From a virus: DNA of 34,455 nucleotides. Positions 15,375-25,958 of the stretch are shown piece after piece. A program made the position numbers and the translations under genes. Each line of letters opens with the position of its first letter. The stretch's first letter is position 1. The stretch lies in the UHGV virus genome UHGV-0210560; one strand, written 5' to 3'. Below the pieces are notes generated by a model. It was not told where the DNA came from. It ran no database searches and was given only the letters and a program-made list of their open reading frames with translations.

Positions 15375-16553
15375 ATGAAAACAAAGAATCCAAAGCTGCG
15401 GGTGGAAACTGTGCCGGTAGATACCCTCCGACCATACGACAACAACGCCAAAATTCACACGCCGGAACAAATCGAGCAAATAAAAAAGTCCATCTTTGAG
15501 TTTGGCTTTAACGACCCTATCGCCATCGACGAGGACAACATGGTCATCGAGGGACACGGCAGGCTGCTTGCGGTAAAAGAACTCGGCTGGAAGGAAGTCG
15601 AAGCTATCCGGTTGCACAACCTGAGCGACGAGCAAAAGAGGGCGTACATTTTGGTGCATAACCAGCTCACTCTTAACACCGGCTTTGACCTTAATATGCT
15701 GCAAATCGAGCTCGCCAACATAACAGATTTAGACATGGGCGAGTTTGGATTTGAGTGGGAAAGCCACGAAACAGAGCGGAAAAGCGGCAGTCCTCATTTT
15801 TGGGGAGAAACCGAACTTGAAGACTCGGAAGAATACGACGAATTTTGCGAAAAATTTGTGCCTAAAAAGACGGCAGATGACTGCTATACTCCAGAGCCTG
15901 TGTATGAGGTCGTAAAAGAATGGGCGGTAAATAAATATAATTTGGGCGGCAAAAAAATAGTTCGTCCGTTTTATCCGGGCGGCGATTATGAAAACGAAAA
16001 CTATGATGGCGCGGTTGTTATTGACAACCCGCCGTTTTCGATTATTAGCAAAATTTGTGGATTTTATACTCAAAACAAAATAGATTTTTTCCTTTTTGCT
16101 CCGGGGCTGACTTTGTTCAGCACCTACGCAGGCAAAGCAAAATATGTAACAGGCACAAGTATAACCTACGAAAACGGAGCGGGAATTTTAACAGGCTTCG
16201 TTACCAACTTAGGAGAAAACAAAATAGAAATTGCGCCCGAGCTAATAGAAAGAATAGAAGAAGCCAACAAAATAGAAACGAAGCAAACAAAGAAAAAGGA
16301 TTACCCTAAAGAACTGATTACTCCCGCAATATACAAGTTAGCGAAAAGGGGTCAAGCGTTAAAAATAAAGCCGGAAGAAGCTTATTTTGTGCGAAAGCTT
16401 GAAAATCAAAGCGAAACCACTATTTATGGGGCAGGGTTTTTAATTTCAGAGCGAGCTGCCGCAGAGCGAGCTGCCGCAGAATCAGAAAATATCGAAAGAT
16501 TTGAATTGTCCGAAAAAGAAAAAGAAATTGTAAGGGGGTTAGGCAATGAGTGA
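15375..16553 (+). CDS. ParB-N domain fused to an adenine-methyltransferase-like domain
   Basis: PYDNNAKIH, FGFNDPI, IEGHGRLLA (ParB-like); DDCYTP and IDNPPFS (NPPF motif). Confidence 0.7.
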   Translation: MKTKNPKLRVETVPVDTLRPYDNNAKIHTPEQIEQIKKSIFEFGFNDPIAIDEDNMVIEGHGRLLAVKELGWKEVEAIRLHNLSDEQKRAYILVHNQLTLNTGFDLNMLQIELANITDLDMGEFGFEWESHETERKSGSPHFWGETELEDSEEYDEFCEKFVPKKTADDCYTPEPVYEVVKEWAVNKYNLGGKKIVRPFYPGGDYENENYDGAVVIDNPPFSIISKICGFYTQNKIDFFLFAPGLTLFSTYAGKAKYVTGTSITYENGAGILTGFVTNLGENKIEIAPELIERIEEANKIETKQTKKKDYPKELITPAIYKLAKRGQALKIKPEEAYFVRKLENQSETTIYGAGFLISERAAAERAAAESENIERFELSEKEKEIVRGLGNE

Positions 16554-16908
16554 TATAAAAAGCGTTAACCTTAACGAATTAGCCGAACAAATAATTGAAA
16601 TCGCAACTAAGTATGGGCTTGAACAAAATTTCTTTTTTCTTACAACTTTTAACCGCTACAAAATGCAGATTAAAATATTAAACGATTTACAGAAAACGAT
16701 TATAGAGGAGGGCAACCTTGTAACAAAGGAGTACGTCAAGGGCAGGCAAAACGTATATACTCATCCGGCGATAAGCGAGTACAACAAGACGAGCACCGCG
16801 GCAAATCAGACGGTGCAGACCCTTATAAAAATAATTACTACTTTGCGGGCGGATGCCGACGGCGAGGAAGAGGACGAGCTGATGGCATTTTTCCGCGGGC
16901 ATAAATGA
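16546..16908 (+). CDS. terS: Terminase small subunit (P27-like)
   Basis: EYVKGRQNVYTHPAISEYNK; overlaps the terL start. Confidence 0.8.
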   Translation: MSDIKSVNLNELAEQIIEIATKYGLEQNFFFLTTFNRYKMQIKILNDLQKTIIEEGNLVTKEYVKGRQNVYTHPAISEYNKTSTAANQTVQTLIKIITTLRADADGEEEDELMAFFRGHK

Positions 16909-18575
16909 GATCAGCCAGCGGCGCCGGAAAGAACTACATACGCTTATACTACAGACAAATCCAAAGCGGCAAAGCAGTGGTCGGAAAGTGGATAAAGCTG
17001 CTCTATGAGTACCTCATAAACGGATTAAAAAAACGAAAATTTTACTACGATGCAGGTAAAGCCGAGCGAGCAGTTGATTTTGTAGAAAGCTTTTGCCACC
17101 ACTCGGAAGGACGCGAAGACTTAATAACCCTTGAACTTTGGCAAAAAGCCGCACTCGCCGCCATCTTCGGAATCGTCGACAAAAAAGGCATACGAATTTT
17201 TCGCGAGGTTTTTATGGTGGTCGCAAGAAAAAACGGTAAAACGCTTTTTTGCTCTGCGATTATCGCATACGTGAATTTTTGCGATGGAGAGTATGGCTCC
17301 GCAACATACTGCCTTGCACCAAAGCTTGAACAAGCATACAAAGTTTATGACGGTTTTTATCAGATGCTTGTAAAATCGCCGCCGCTGATGAAATATTGCA
17401 AAAAGCGGCGCAGCGATGTATACCTCGAAGCAACAAACAGTAGCGTTAAACCAATAGCATTTAACGCAAAAAAAAGCGATGGTTTCAACCCTCATTTGAC
17501 TATTTGCGACGAGATTGCAAGCTGGCCTGCGGTACAAGGCAACAAGCAATACGAAGTCATGAAATCCGCACTCGGCGCACGAAAGCAACCGCTTATAATC
17601 TCAATATCGACAGCCGGATACATAGACGACGGTCCGTATGACGACCTCATGAAGCGGTCAACGGCTTTTTTGCTTGGCAACAGCGAAGAAAAAAGGCTGC
17701 TGCCATTTTTGTACATCATTGATGATGTTGACAAGTGGGACGACATCGAGGAGCTAAAAAAGAGCAACCCAAACCTCAATGTCTCTGTCAAAGACGAATA
17801 TTATCAAGAAGAAATCGCCGTCGCCAAAAACAGCCTCAGCAAAAAGGCGGAGTTTTTGACAAAGTACTGCAACATCAAGCAAAACGCTTCCGTGGCGTGG
17901 ATGCGCTACGAAGATATAAACGCGGTGTGTGGCGACAGCACAAAACTGGAGGATTTCCGCGACTGCTACTGCGTGGGAGGTATAGACCTTTCGCAGACGA
18001 CAGACCTCACCGCGTGCAGCATAGTGATAGAGCGAGCGTGTGTATTGCACACATTCACTCGCTTTTTTATGCCGAAAAACCGAATCGCCGCACTTCAAGA
18101 GCGCGAAGGCGTACCGTATGACATATATGTTCAGCAAGGATTTATCACGCCATCAGGTGAAAACTATGTTGATTATATGGACTGCTACAACTGGTTTGTT
18201 TCGCTCGTCAATGATTATCAGATATACCCTTTACAGGTCGGCTATGACCGATACTCGGCACAGTACCTTGTCAAAGACATGGAGGCGTTCGGCTTCCACA
18301 TGGATGACGTTTTTCAGGGCGAAAACCTTACGCCTGTCATCCGCGAAGCGGAGGGCTTGATTTTGGACAAAAAGCTTCAGCTCGGGACAAATAACCTGTT
18401 GAAAGCGCATTTCTTGAATGTGGCTATGAAGCAAAATGCCGAAACGCGAAAAATTCGCCCGATTAAAATCGAGGAACGCTGCCACATAGATGGATTTGTG
18501 TCTGTCATTGATGCACTGACCGTCCGGCAAAAGTGGTACGACCAAATAGGCGAGCAATTAAAAAACGAGGATTAA
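16905..18575 (+). CDS. terL: Terminase large subunit
   Basis: VARKNGKT (Walker A), ICDE (Walker B), ISTAG, GGIDLS, YDRY, HIDG. Confidence 0.95.
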   Translation: MRSASGAGKNYIRLYYRQIQSGKAVVGKWIKLLYEYLINGLKKRKFYYDAGKAERAVDFVESFCHHSEGREDLITLELWQKAALAAIFGIVDKKGIRIFREVFMVVARKNGKTLFCSAIIAYVNFCDGEYGSATYCLAPKLEQAYKVYDGFYQMLVKSPPLMKYCKKRRSDVYLEATNSSVKPIAFNAKKSDGFNPHLTICDEIASWPAVQGNKQYEVMKSALGARKQPLIISISTAGYIDDGPYDDLMKRSTAFLLGNSEEKRLLPFLYIIDDVDKWDDIEELKKSNPNLNVSVKDEYYQEEIAVAKNSLSKKAEFLTKYCNIKQNASVAWMRYEDINAVCGDSTKLEDFRDCYCVGGIDLSQTTDLTACSIVIERACVLHTFTRFFMPKNRIAALQEREGVPYDIYVQQGFITPSGENYVDYMDCYNWFVSLVNDYQIYPLQVGYDRYSAQYLVKDMEAFGFHMDDVFQGENLTPVIREAEGLILDKKLQLGTNNLLKAHFLNVAMKQNAETRKIRPIKIEERCHIDGFVSVIDALTVRQKWYDQIGEQLKNED

Positions 18576-18589
18576 GGAGTGATACGGAA

Positions 18590-19825
18590 TTGGGCATCTT
18601 TGAAACGATTTTTAAGAAGCCAAAGCTAAAAAATCAGATGCAAAAATATTTTGAGCTGCTCGACGGATATACGCCGGTCTTTACGACATACGAGGGCGGC
18701 GTGTACGAGATGGAGCTGACGCGGGCGTGCATACACGCTTTTGCTTCGCATTGCTCCAAGCTCCTGCCGACAGTGACCGGCGCAGATCTGCTATCGTTGC
18801 AGCGAGTGCTCGACGGCAAGCCTAACCCTTTTATGACCTCCGCGCAGTTTTTGTACAAGGCGGCGACCATAACAGAGACGGAAAACACTTGCTACATCGT
18901 GCCGCTTTATAACGAGTATCAAGAGATATGCGGCTACTACCCCATTTCGCCGCAGCGCACCGAGTTTGTTGAAGATGATGGCAAACCATACGCAAGATAT
19001 ACTTTTGGGAACGGTAAAACCGCCGCGATTGAGCTTGACCTCGTCGGAATTGTTTGCAAATACCTCTACCGCAAAGATATGCGCGGCGAAGACAATGAAG
19101 CCCTCTACCCTACGTTGCAGCTTATATCCGACCAGCAAAAAGGCATAAGAGAGGGCATCAAAAACGGAGCATCCTATCGCTTTATTGCGCAGTCGAGCAA
19201 CTTTGCCCGTGGAAAAGACCTTGCCAACGAACGCAAACGCTTCACGGCGGAAAACTTCGCGACCGAGGATGGTGGATTGTTGCTTTTCCCGAACACCTAT
19301 CAGAACATCCAGCAAATAAAGAGCATGCCGAACATCGTCAACCCCGAGCAGATGAAAATTATCGAGACGCGCGTTTTTGACTACTTTGGCTGCAGCGAGA
19401 AAATCCTGCAAAACTCCGCAGTAGGCGACGATTGGAGCGCGTACTACGAGGGAAAAATTGAGCCTTGGGCAATCCAGTTGTCACAAGCTATGACAACGAT
19501 GACATACTCTAAATATGAGCTTGCAAGAGGCAACGGTATCGTGTGGAGCGCAAACCGCTTGCAGTACATGACCAACTCGGACAAGCTGCAAGTATCAACG
19601 CAGGGCTTTGACCGTGGCTTTTTTAGCCTTAACGACGTCATGGACATCTGGAATTTGCCGCACTTAGAAAACGGAGATAAGCGGTACATCCGCAAAGAGT
19701 ATACCGAGCTTAGTAAGCTCGGTGTAGAGGAAGGAGGTAGCAGCAATGCAGATGGAGGCACGCCAGTACCGGGAAATGACCCTAATACCGATAACGGAGG
19801 GGCTGACCCAGACAAAGCTGATTGA
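18590..19825 (+). CDS. Portal protein
   Basis: AAGGAG RBS, TTG at 18590; PNPFMTSAQF motif; follows terL. Confidence 0.9.
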   Translation: MGIFETIFKKPKLKNQMQKYFELLDGYTPVFTTYEGGVYEMELTRACIHAFASHCSKLLPTVTGADLLSLQRVLDGKPNPFMTSAQFLYKAATITETENTCYIVPLYNEYQEICGYYPISPQRTEFVEDDGKPYARYTFGNGKTAAIELDLVGIVCKYLYRKDMRGEDNEALYPTLQLISDQQKGIREGIKNGASYRFIAQSSNFARGKDLANERKRFTAENFATEDGGLLLFPNTYQNIQQIKSMPNIVNPEQMKIIETRVFDYFGCSEKILQNSAVGDDWSAYYEGKIEPWAIQLSQAMTTMTYSKYELARGNGIVWSANRLQYMTNSDKLQVSTQGFDRGFFSLNDVMDIWNLPHLENGDKRYIRKEYTELSKLGVEEGGSSNADGGTPVPGNDPNTDNGGADPDKAD

Positions 19826-20375
19826 CTGTGAAAAGTACGTCGAGGGCTACGCAGCAAAATATGAACCCTATGTGCTGTGGGAAGAGGACGACGGTCCGAT
19901 CTACGAACAGTTTTTGCGCGAAGCATTTGACGGCACCGATATGTCGGATATTATTTTCCAGCTTAATCACTCCGGGCGTGTGTACGCACGTACCGGCAAC
20001 GGCTCACTTGTAGTGCAGCTGGATGATACCGGCATACTGACCGGGGCAGACCTCGGACGGACAGCATCGGCAGAAAGCATATACGATGACATCACTGCCG
20101 GAATGCTCACCAAAATGAGCTGGGGATTTTATACCGGCAGCTACGGCAAGGACTACTATTATGACGCCAAAACCCGCACAATCGTGCACCGCCATGTGCC
20201 GCGTATTTTTGATGTTTCCGTCGTCGCCCTCCCGGCGAACGAGGACACAAACATAAATGCCCGGTCTTTTTGTGACGATGTCGCGGAAAAGATGCGCGAG
20301 GAGCGCAAAAAATACCTTGACAGCCTTAAAAGCAAAACTATAACCAAAATCAAAATTACGGAGGTAGAAAAATGA
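19746..20375 (+). CDS. HK97-type prohead protease
   Basis: VEGYA, NH, KMSWGF, DVSVVALPANEDT. Confidence 0.9.
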   Translation: MQMEARQYREMTLIPITEGLTQTKLIDCEKYVEGYAAKYEPYVLWEEDDGPIYEQFLREAFDGTDMSDIIFQLNHSGRVYARTGNGSLVVQLDDTGILTGADLGRTASAESIYDDITAGMLTKMSWGFYTGSYGKDYYYDAKTRTIVHRHVPRIFDVSVVALPANEDTNINARSFCDDVAEKMREERKKYLDSLKSKTITKIKITEVEK

Positions 20376-21532
20376 CACTCAAAGAAATTGAAACCCGACT
20401 TGCACAAATCAAAACGGAGCTCGACACGGAAGGTGCTGACATTGAAGCACTTTCCGCCGAAGCTGACAAACTCATTGAAGAAAGAGGAAAATTTGAAGCC
20501 AGAGCAAAGCTCCTTAACAAAATTGCCGCCGGAGCGGGCACTGTGGTAGAGCCCATTGCACCCGAGGAAAACGAGGAAGAAAGAGCAAAAAAATTCGCCG
20601 AAACCCGCCGCGCCAGCGTGCCGGTTAAGCAGGTAAGATCCACTCTTATTTCCAGCGGCAAGCTGGCAACCCCGACCGGGGTATCCGGCATTAACGAGCT
20701 TGTCGGCTCTCGCGTGAGCTCTATCATCGATATGGTCAAAATCGTCGACTGCTCCGGCATGGGCGCAAACAAGGTCGCCTATCTTGATACCGATATGGCA
20801 GAGGCGGCAGCGCAAACCGAAGGCTCTGCGGTAACAGCTACCGACCCCACCTTTGGCTATGTCGAGATTAAACCCGCAAGTATCCGCACTATGGCGCAGA
20901 TCTCCGAGCAGGTCAAAGCGCAGACCCCTCTCCTCTACCGTGAAAAGGTAGTCGAGCAGGCTATGCTTGCACTGCGCAAAAAGGCGGCACAGCTTGTCAC
21001 CGCCGCGCTCAAGAGCTCCACTCTTGTACATAGCGAGGCGGCAACCCTCGACAGCAGCAAAAAAGGCGTAATCAACGACAAAACCCTGCGCGCACTTGCC
21101 CTGGCATACGGAGGCGATGAATCCGTTGTGGGCGAAGCTGTTCTTTTCCTTAACAAGACCGACCTTATCGCTTTCGGCGATGTCCGCGGAACGAACGAGA
21201 AAAAAGCAGTCTACGAGATTACTCCCGACACTGCCAACCCCAACACCGGCACAATCAAGGACGGCGGTCTTGTCGTAAAATACTGCCTTAACAGCAACCT
21301 CACCGCCCTTGCAGGAACTGCACAGACCACCACCGCAGCACAGCCGACAATGTTCTACGGCAATCCACAGTGCCTCGAGCTCGACCTCTTTAAGGATTAT
21401 ACCATTCGCACCAGTGACGACTTTGCAATCGATAAAGGGCTTGAAACTATTATTGGCGCTTCCGAGCTCGGCGCAAGCGTTGTCGTCAAAAACGGATTTG
21501 TCACCATCACTATCGCAAAAGGTACTGCTTGA
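20372..21532 (+). CDS. Major capsid protein (HK97 fold with delta domain)
   Basis: Coiled-coil N-terminus, 386 aa, follows the protease. Confidence 0.9.
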   Translation: MTLKEIETRLAQIKTELDTEGADIEALSAEADKLIEERGKFEARAKLLNKIAAGAGTVVEPIAPEENEEERAKKFAETRRASVPVKQVRSTLISSGKLATPTGVSGINELVGSRVSSIIDMVKIVDCSGMGANKVAYLDTDMAEAAAQTEGSAVTATDPTFGYVEIKPASIRTMAQISEQVKAQTPLLYREKVVEQAMLALRKKAAQLVTAALKSSTLVHSEAATLDSSKKGVINDKTLRALALAYGGDESVVGEAVLFLNKTDLIAFGDVRGTNEKKAVYEITPDTANPNTGTIKDGGLVVKYCLNSNLTALAGTAQTTTAAQPTMFYGNPQCLELDLFKDYTIRTSDDFAIDKGLETIIGASELGASVVVKNGFVTITIAKGTA

Positions 21533-21589
21533 TAATGCTTTTAATCGGCGGGGCTTTCGCTCCGCCGATTGTTGAAAGAAGGTGCAAAA

Positions 21590-21871
21590 ATGGCAAAGCA
21601 AGAAACGCTGGACGCAGTAAAGCTTGCGCTGCGCGTCAGTACAAGCGCGCTTGACAGCGACATCGGCGACGAGATAGACGCGTGCCTTGCAGATCTCCGC
21701 ATTTGCGGCGTAAAGTACGCCGACGAGGGAGAGGAACTTATTCTCAACGCCGTAAAGCTGTGGTGTCGCGCCGTGATGGCGGAAGATGTAAATCGCGCAC
21801 AGATGTACCACCAGCGCTACGACGGGTTAAAGGCTTGCCTTATGATGGCAGAGGAATATCGCGATGAATGA
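21590..21871 (+). CDS. Head-tail connector (gp6-like)
   Basis: LDAVKLALRV...DEIDACLADL. Confidence 0.8.
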   Translation: MAKQETLDAVKLALRVSTSALDSDIGDEIDACLADLRICGVKYADEGEELILNAVKLWCRAVMAEDVNRAQMYHQRYDGLKACLMMAEEYRDE

Positions 21872-22163
21872 TGTAAAAATCACGCTGCGCAAAATGACCT
21901 ACACCATCGTAAAAGGCGTGACCGAATCCGAGGTAAAGTACGAGGCGGAAGTGTGGGCGCACCCTAAATCGGTAACCTACAACGAATTTTACCAAGCCAC
22001 GGAAGCAGGCTACAAAGCGGATATAATTTTTTCCGTGTACTCTTTTGAGTACGGAGGCGAGGAAGAAGTCAAGTACAGCGATGAGGTGTACGATGTTGTG
22101 CGCACATACAGCACCAGCAACGACAGAATAGAGCTTACATGCTCGCGGAGGAAACAAAAATGA
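21864..22163 (+). CDS. Head closure protein
   Basis: SVTYNEFYQA, YDVVRTY, IELTC. Confidence 0.8.
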   Translation: MNDVKITLRKMTYTIVKGVTESEVKYEAEVWAHPKSVTYNEFYQATEAGYKADIIFSVYSFEYGGEEEVKYSDEVYDVVRTYSTSNDRIELTCSRRKQK

Positions 22164-22483
22164 AAATCTATGAAGCACTTGAGCTTGTGGGCGTGCCGGT
22201 GTGCCATCCTCCGTATGTGGGCGACGCACATACCTATATCACCTATCAGCTTTTAGGGCAGGACAGCGTGCTGTACGCCGAGGGCAAAGAGCAAGAAACG
22301 GCAGTCACCTATGCGGTCAACATTTTTGCGGAAAAGTTTACAGCCGGAATCGTCGCCCTGACAAAATTTGCACTCGAAACCGCCGGATACATCGCCACCG
22401 TGGAGGCGGAGGTGTACGACGGCACGAAAAAAGCTACGCAGGTGTCTCTTATCGCCACAAAAGAGGGTGCGGAGTATGGCTAA
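22160..22483 (+). CDS. Tail completion/terminator-like protein
   Basis: TYITYQ motif; gene position. Confidence 0.6.
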   Translation: MKIYEALELVGVPVCHPPYVGDAHTYITYQLLGQDSVLYAEGKEQETAVTYAVNIFAEKFTAGIVALTKFALETAGYIATVEAEVYDGTKKATQVSLIATKEGAEYG

Positions 22484-22904
22484 TATTAGCGTTGAGGGAT
22501 TAGACAAGCTTGTGCTTGCGCTGCAAAAAGCAGATATTTTTGATGAGCAAACGCAAAAGCAAATGCTTTACGAGAGTGCAAATATAGCTATGGATAACAT
22601 TGCGGACGAAATGATCAGAAGTAATTTTAATATAGGTCATTTGACCAATCGTCTGCAAAAAACAAAAATAAAGAAAAACAAGTACGGAGAGCCGGTAATC
22701 TCCATTACCGCAAAAGGCCATAATTTAACCGGCGACAGAAATGCCGCTATCCTTTTTGTCCTTAATTACGGTCGTTCAAAACAATATGGCGAAATCACCG
22801 GCGGTTATTTTTGGACTAAGGGAATAAAAAAAAGTGAAAAGGAGATACAAAAACGGCTTGAACAAATCACAAAAGATAAGCTTGAAGAAAGGGGTCTTAT
22901 ATAA
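22476..22904 (+). CDS. HK97 gp10-like neck protein
   Basis: MANISVEGLD...FVLNYG; gene position. Confidence 0.65.
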   Translation: MANISVEGLDKLVLALQKADIFDEQTQKQMLYESANIAMDNIADEMIRSNFNIGHLTNRLQKTKIKKNKYGEPVISITAKGHNLTGDRNAAILFVLNYGRSKQYGEITGGYFWTKGIKKSEKEIQKRLEQITKDKLEERGLI

Positions 22905-23488
22905 TGCCAGCATTTGACCTGCGCGGCATCCGCATCGGCGCTTATAAAAACACCGACGGCGCAATCACATATACCGACCACACATCCATGGGTGACGCAA
23001 TGAACGTCAACCTTGAGCTCAAATACGCAGAGGGCAGACTTTACGCGGAAAGTAAGCTCGCGGAATACATGAAGCTCGCCACCGGCGGCACAATCTCCGT
23101 CGGCGTTAAGTACATCCCCGCCGAAGCACAGAAAATCCTTTTCGGTGCGAGCGAAAAAAGCCGCACTCCCGGCAGCGGCGGCACTGCGGTGAAAGGCTTG
23201 CAGTTTACCACAAAGGACATCGGCAAGTACGTCGGTCTTGCGTGCTATGCGCCCGACCAGATAGACGGCACAACCAAGTACACCTGCCTTTTTGTCAGCA
23301 AAGTCCTTTTCGGTCCTCCTGCCATGGTCTACCAGACAAAGGGCGACAGCATCACTTTTCAGACACCCACCACTACCGGCGAATTTCTTGCCGACGACTC
23401 CACCACGCAGGCGCTCATCGAAACCGCAGCGGTGGCGACCGAAGCGGAAGCCATTGCGTGGACTAAGCTTGTGCTTGGGGAGACTTGA
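22904..23488 (+). CDS. Major tail protein
   Basis: EGRLYAES, YQTKGDSITFQTPT. Confidence 0.85.
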   Translation: MPAFDLRGIRIGAYKNTDGAITYTDHTSMGDAMNVNLELKYAEGRLYAESKLAEYMKLATGGTISVGVKYIPAEAQKILFGASEKSRTPGSGGTAVKGLQFTTKDIGKYVGLACYAPDQIDGTTKYTCLFVSKVLFGPPAMVYQTKGDSITFQTPTTTGEFLADDSTTQALIETAAVATEAEAIAWTKLVLGET

Positions 23489-23490
23489 CA

Positions 23491-23835
23491 ATGGACATAA
23501 GACTTAAATCGCTTGCGTACCAATACGGTGACCACACATATAGCCTTGTCTGCAATATGAACGTCCTTGCCGACGTGCAGGAAGCTATGGGCGGCAACCT
23601 TAGCAAGGCGCTGACGCAGACGAGCAGTATCAAAAACACGCTCACTTTTTTAGCGGCAATGCTTAACGATGCGGCTGATACCGAGGGCAGATCCGAGCGT
23701 TTCACGGCGAAACAGCTTGGGCGCAGCTTAACGATGACCGAAATCGGCAAAATCGGCGCTGACATTTGGGCGATTGTTGCCGCCGGAATCGGCGACCTTA
23801 TCGAGCCGGAGGAAGCGGACGAAAAAAAGGATTGA
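23491..23835 (+). CDS. Tail assembly chaperone (gpG-like)
   Basis: Between the major tail and tape measure genes; ends GAA AAA AAG GAT TGA. Confidence 0.8.
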   Translation: MDIRLKSLAYQYGDHTYSLVCNMNVLADVQEAMGGNLSKALTQTSSIKNTLTFLAAMLNDAADTEGRSERFTAKQLGRSLTMTEIGKIGADIWAIVAAGIGDLIEPEEADEKKD

Positions 23836-24046
23836 CCACGCAGATGAGCGCAAAAGCCTGCCTTTTGCGTGGTATCTCAATATCTGGCTTAACGTTTTAC
23901 ACCAACAGGAATCGGAATTTTGGAAAATGATGAATCCTTGCCGGTGTATAGTCTTATATGACGAGTACTATAAGATGATACACCCTGCGCCGCCCGAGCC
24001 CAAAAAGCGGTCGCTGGCAGAGTATCTTGCGGGAGGGGGCGCGTAA
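23822..24046 (+). CDS. Frameshift-accessed chaperone extension (gpT-like)
   Basis: FAWYLNIW...ESEFWKM in the +1/-2 frame; no clear own start; ends immediately before the tape measure ATG. Confidence 0.65.
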   Translation, partial: KKRIDHADERKSLPFAWYLNIWLNVLHQQESEFWKMMNPCRCIVLYDEYYKMIHPAPPEPKKRSLAEYLAGGGA

Positions 24047-25954
24047 ATGCCAAATGTAAACACAAATTTTACACTTTCCGGCGAGAAAGAGTACCGCGAA
24101 AAGATAGGGCTTATAAATCAAGGCATTAAGGTACTTAACGCCGAGATGAAGCTCTCAAAAACGCAATTTGAGGAAAATGCGGACAGCATCGATGCCCTCA
24201 CCGCCAAAAATGACATCCTCGAGCGCACTATAAGCACACAAGAGGACAAAATTAAGACCCTGCGCGAAGTGCTGCAAAAATCTGCCGAAGCCTACGGCGA
24301 AAGTGATAAAAAAACCATGGGCTGGCAGGAATCGCTTTATAAAGCCGAGGCGGAGCTTAACAATCTGAACTCTGAGCTTCGCAAAAACAGCGAAGAAATT
24401 GAAAGTCGAATCTCCGCCGAAAGCGAAATGAGCGATGCCGCCCTTGAAACGGCGAAAGGGCTGGACAAAGAGACGGCAAGCCTTGAAAACCAGTCCGACG
24501 CGCTGAAAAGCACGACGGAGGACAATGTGTCCCTCGGTGACGCTATAAACTCTGTAGCTGACAAGCTCGGAATAAAGCTGCCGTCGGGCGCGACTAAAGC
24601 AATTTCCGCACTTGGCTCGGTATCTGCAACAACGGTAGCGGCGGCAAGTGCCGTCGCTGCTTATATTGCAATTTTGGTCAAGCTTGAAAAGGCTTTTGTC
24701 GATGTTACCATCGAGGCGGCAGCCGCGGCGGATGAAATGCTCACTATGAGCAGCATTTCCGGCATGAGCGTTGAAACACTGCAAGAGATGCAGTACGCCG
24801 CGGAATTTGTCGATGTGTCCGTCGACCGCTTAAATGACGGCTTTAAGGATTTGACCTCCGCAATGAAGTCCGCCAACACCGGCAGCGAAGACGCACAAAA
24901 AGCTTTTGCGCAGCTCGGTGTAAATATCACGGACAGCAACGGCAAACTTCGCAATGCAAAAGATGTCTTTTTTGAGACAATCGACGCTCTCGGACAGCTG
25001 GAAGCGGGCACGCAGCGTGACGCTCTTGCTATGACGATTTTTTCCGAGAGCGCCCGCGAGCTTAACCCGCTTATAGACGCGGGCAGCGGCAAGCTGCGGC
25101 AGCTTGCACAGCAGGCGCACGACACAGGCTATGTGCTGTCGGAGGACGCGGTAAAATCCCTTGGCAAGGTGGACGACGCACTCAAAGAGCTAAATAACAC
25201 TCAAGAGGGCTTAAAAAACCAGCTTGCAGCGGAATTTGCACCGACAACTGAAAAGGCGCTCAACACTATCAACGACGCAGTTCTTGAGATCGGCAATGCC
25301 TTTGTAGATTCCGGCGTTGTGGACTCTTTTGCGGATATGCTTGAGTCGTCCCTCGGAATCATAGATCCGCTGACCACCCTTGCAAAAATCGTTTTGCCGT
25401 GGGTCAATGAAGGGCTCAGCGAAACCGCCGATATGGTCGCACTTATAGCCGACACGGCGGACGTGATAATCGGTCTTTTGACCTTCAACTTTGATAAAGC
25501 AAAAACGGCGCTCGGCTGGAATCCGAACGAATACTCTAATACGCAGCGCCGACTTGCGAAGCGCCGAGGCTACAAGTACGACCGTGAAACCGACAGCTAC
25601 TACGACCCTGATCAGCTTACGCAGTCGCAGATAGACAGAGCCTATCAGCAGGCGCTGCAGGACGGCTCGGCGGTGGGCATGACCTATGACCTATGGCTGG
25701 AGCAGTACAAGCGTAAATATTGGGGCTCTAACGCTTCCGGCACGGACAACTGGCGCGGTGGGTGGACAAGAGTCGGCGAGAACGGTCCGGAAAACGTGTA
25801 TCTTCCGCGGGGCGCCGCGGTGGACACGGCGCAGGAAAGCCGCGACGGCGGCAACAACTACTATTACATCACCATCGATGCAAAAAGCGTGCAAGAATTT
25901 GAGGACATAGTCCGCATAGCGCAAGAGCAGCGGTGGAAAAGCAGAATGGGGTGA
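24047..25954 (+). CDS. Tape measure protein
   Basis: 635 aa, helical and Ala-rich; C-terminal NASGT...VGENGPE. Confidence 0.9.
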   Translation: MPNVNTNFTLSGEKEYREKIGLINQGIKVLNAEMKLSKTQFEENADSIDALTAKNDILERTISTQEDKIKTLREVLQKSAEAYGESDKKTMGWQESLYKAEAELNNLNSELRKNSEEIESRISAESEMSDAALETAKGLDKETASLENQSDALKSTTEDNVSLGDAINSVADKLGIKLPSGATKAISALGSVSATTVAAASAVAAYIAILVKLEKAFVDVTIEAAAAADEMLTMSSISGMSVETLQEMQYAAEFVDVSVDRLNDGFKDLTSAMKSANTGSEDAQKAFAQLGVNITDSNGKLRNAKDVFFETIDALGQLEAGTQRDALAMTIFSESARELNPLIDAGSGKLRQLAQQAHDTGYVLSEDAVKSLGKVDDALKELNNTQEGLKNQLAAEFAPTTEKALNTINDAVLEIGNAFVDSGVVDSFADMLESSLGIIDPLTTLAKIVLPWVNEGLSETADMVALIADTADVIIGLLTFNFDKAKTALGWNPNEYSNTQRRLAKRRGYKYDRETDSYYDPDQLTQSQIDRAYQQALQDGSAVGMTYDLWLEQYKRKYWGSNASGTDNWRGGWTRVGENGPENVYLPRGAAVDTAQESRDGGNNYYYITIDAKSVQEFEDIVRIAQEQRWKSRMG

Positions 25955-25958
25955 TTAA

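Noticed and set aside
20159..21811. 550-aa minus-strand ORF and similar long antisense ORFs (2564-3505, 10302-11132, 32819-33709)
   Set aside because: Shadows of well-supported + strand genes, with no motifs or RBS
23823..23930. -1 frameshift product of the tail chaperone
   Set aside because: The -1 frame stops early and lacks the gpT-like motif found in the other frame
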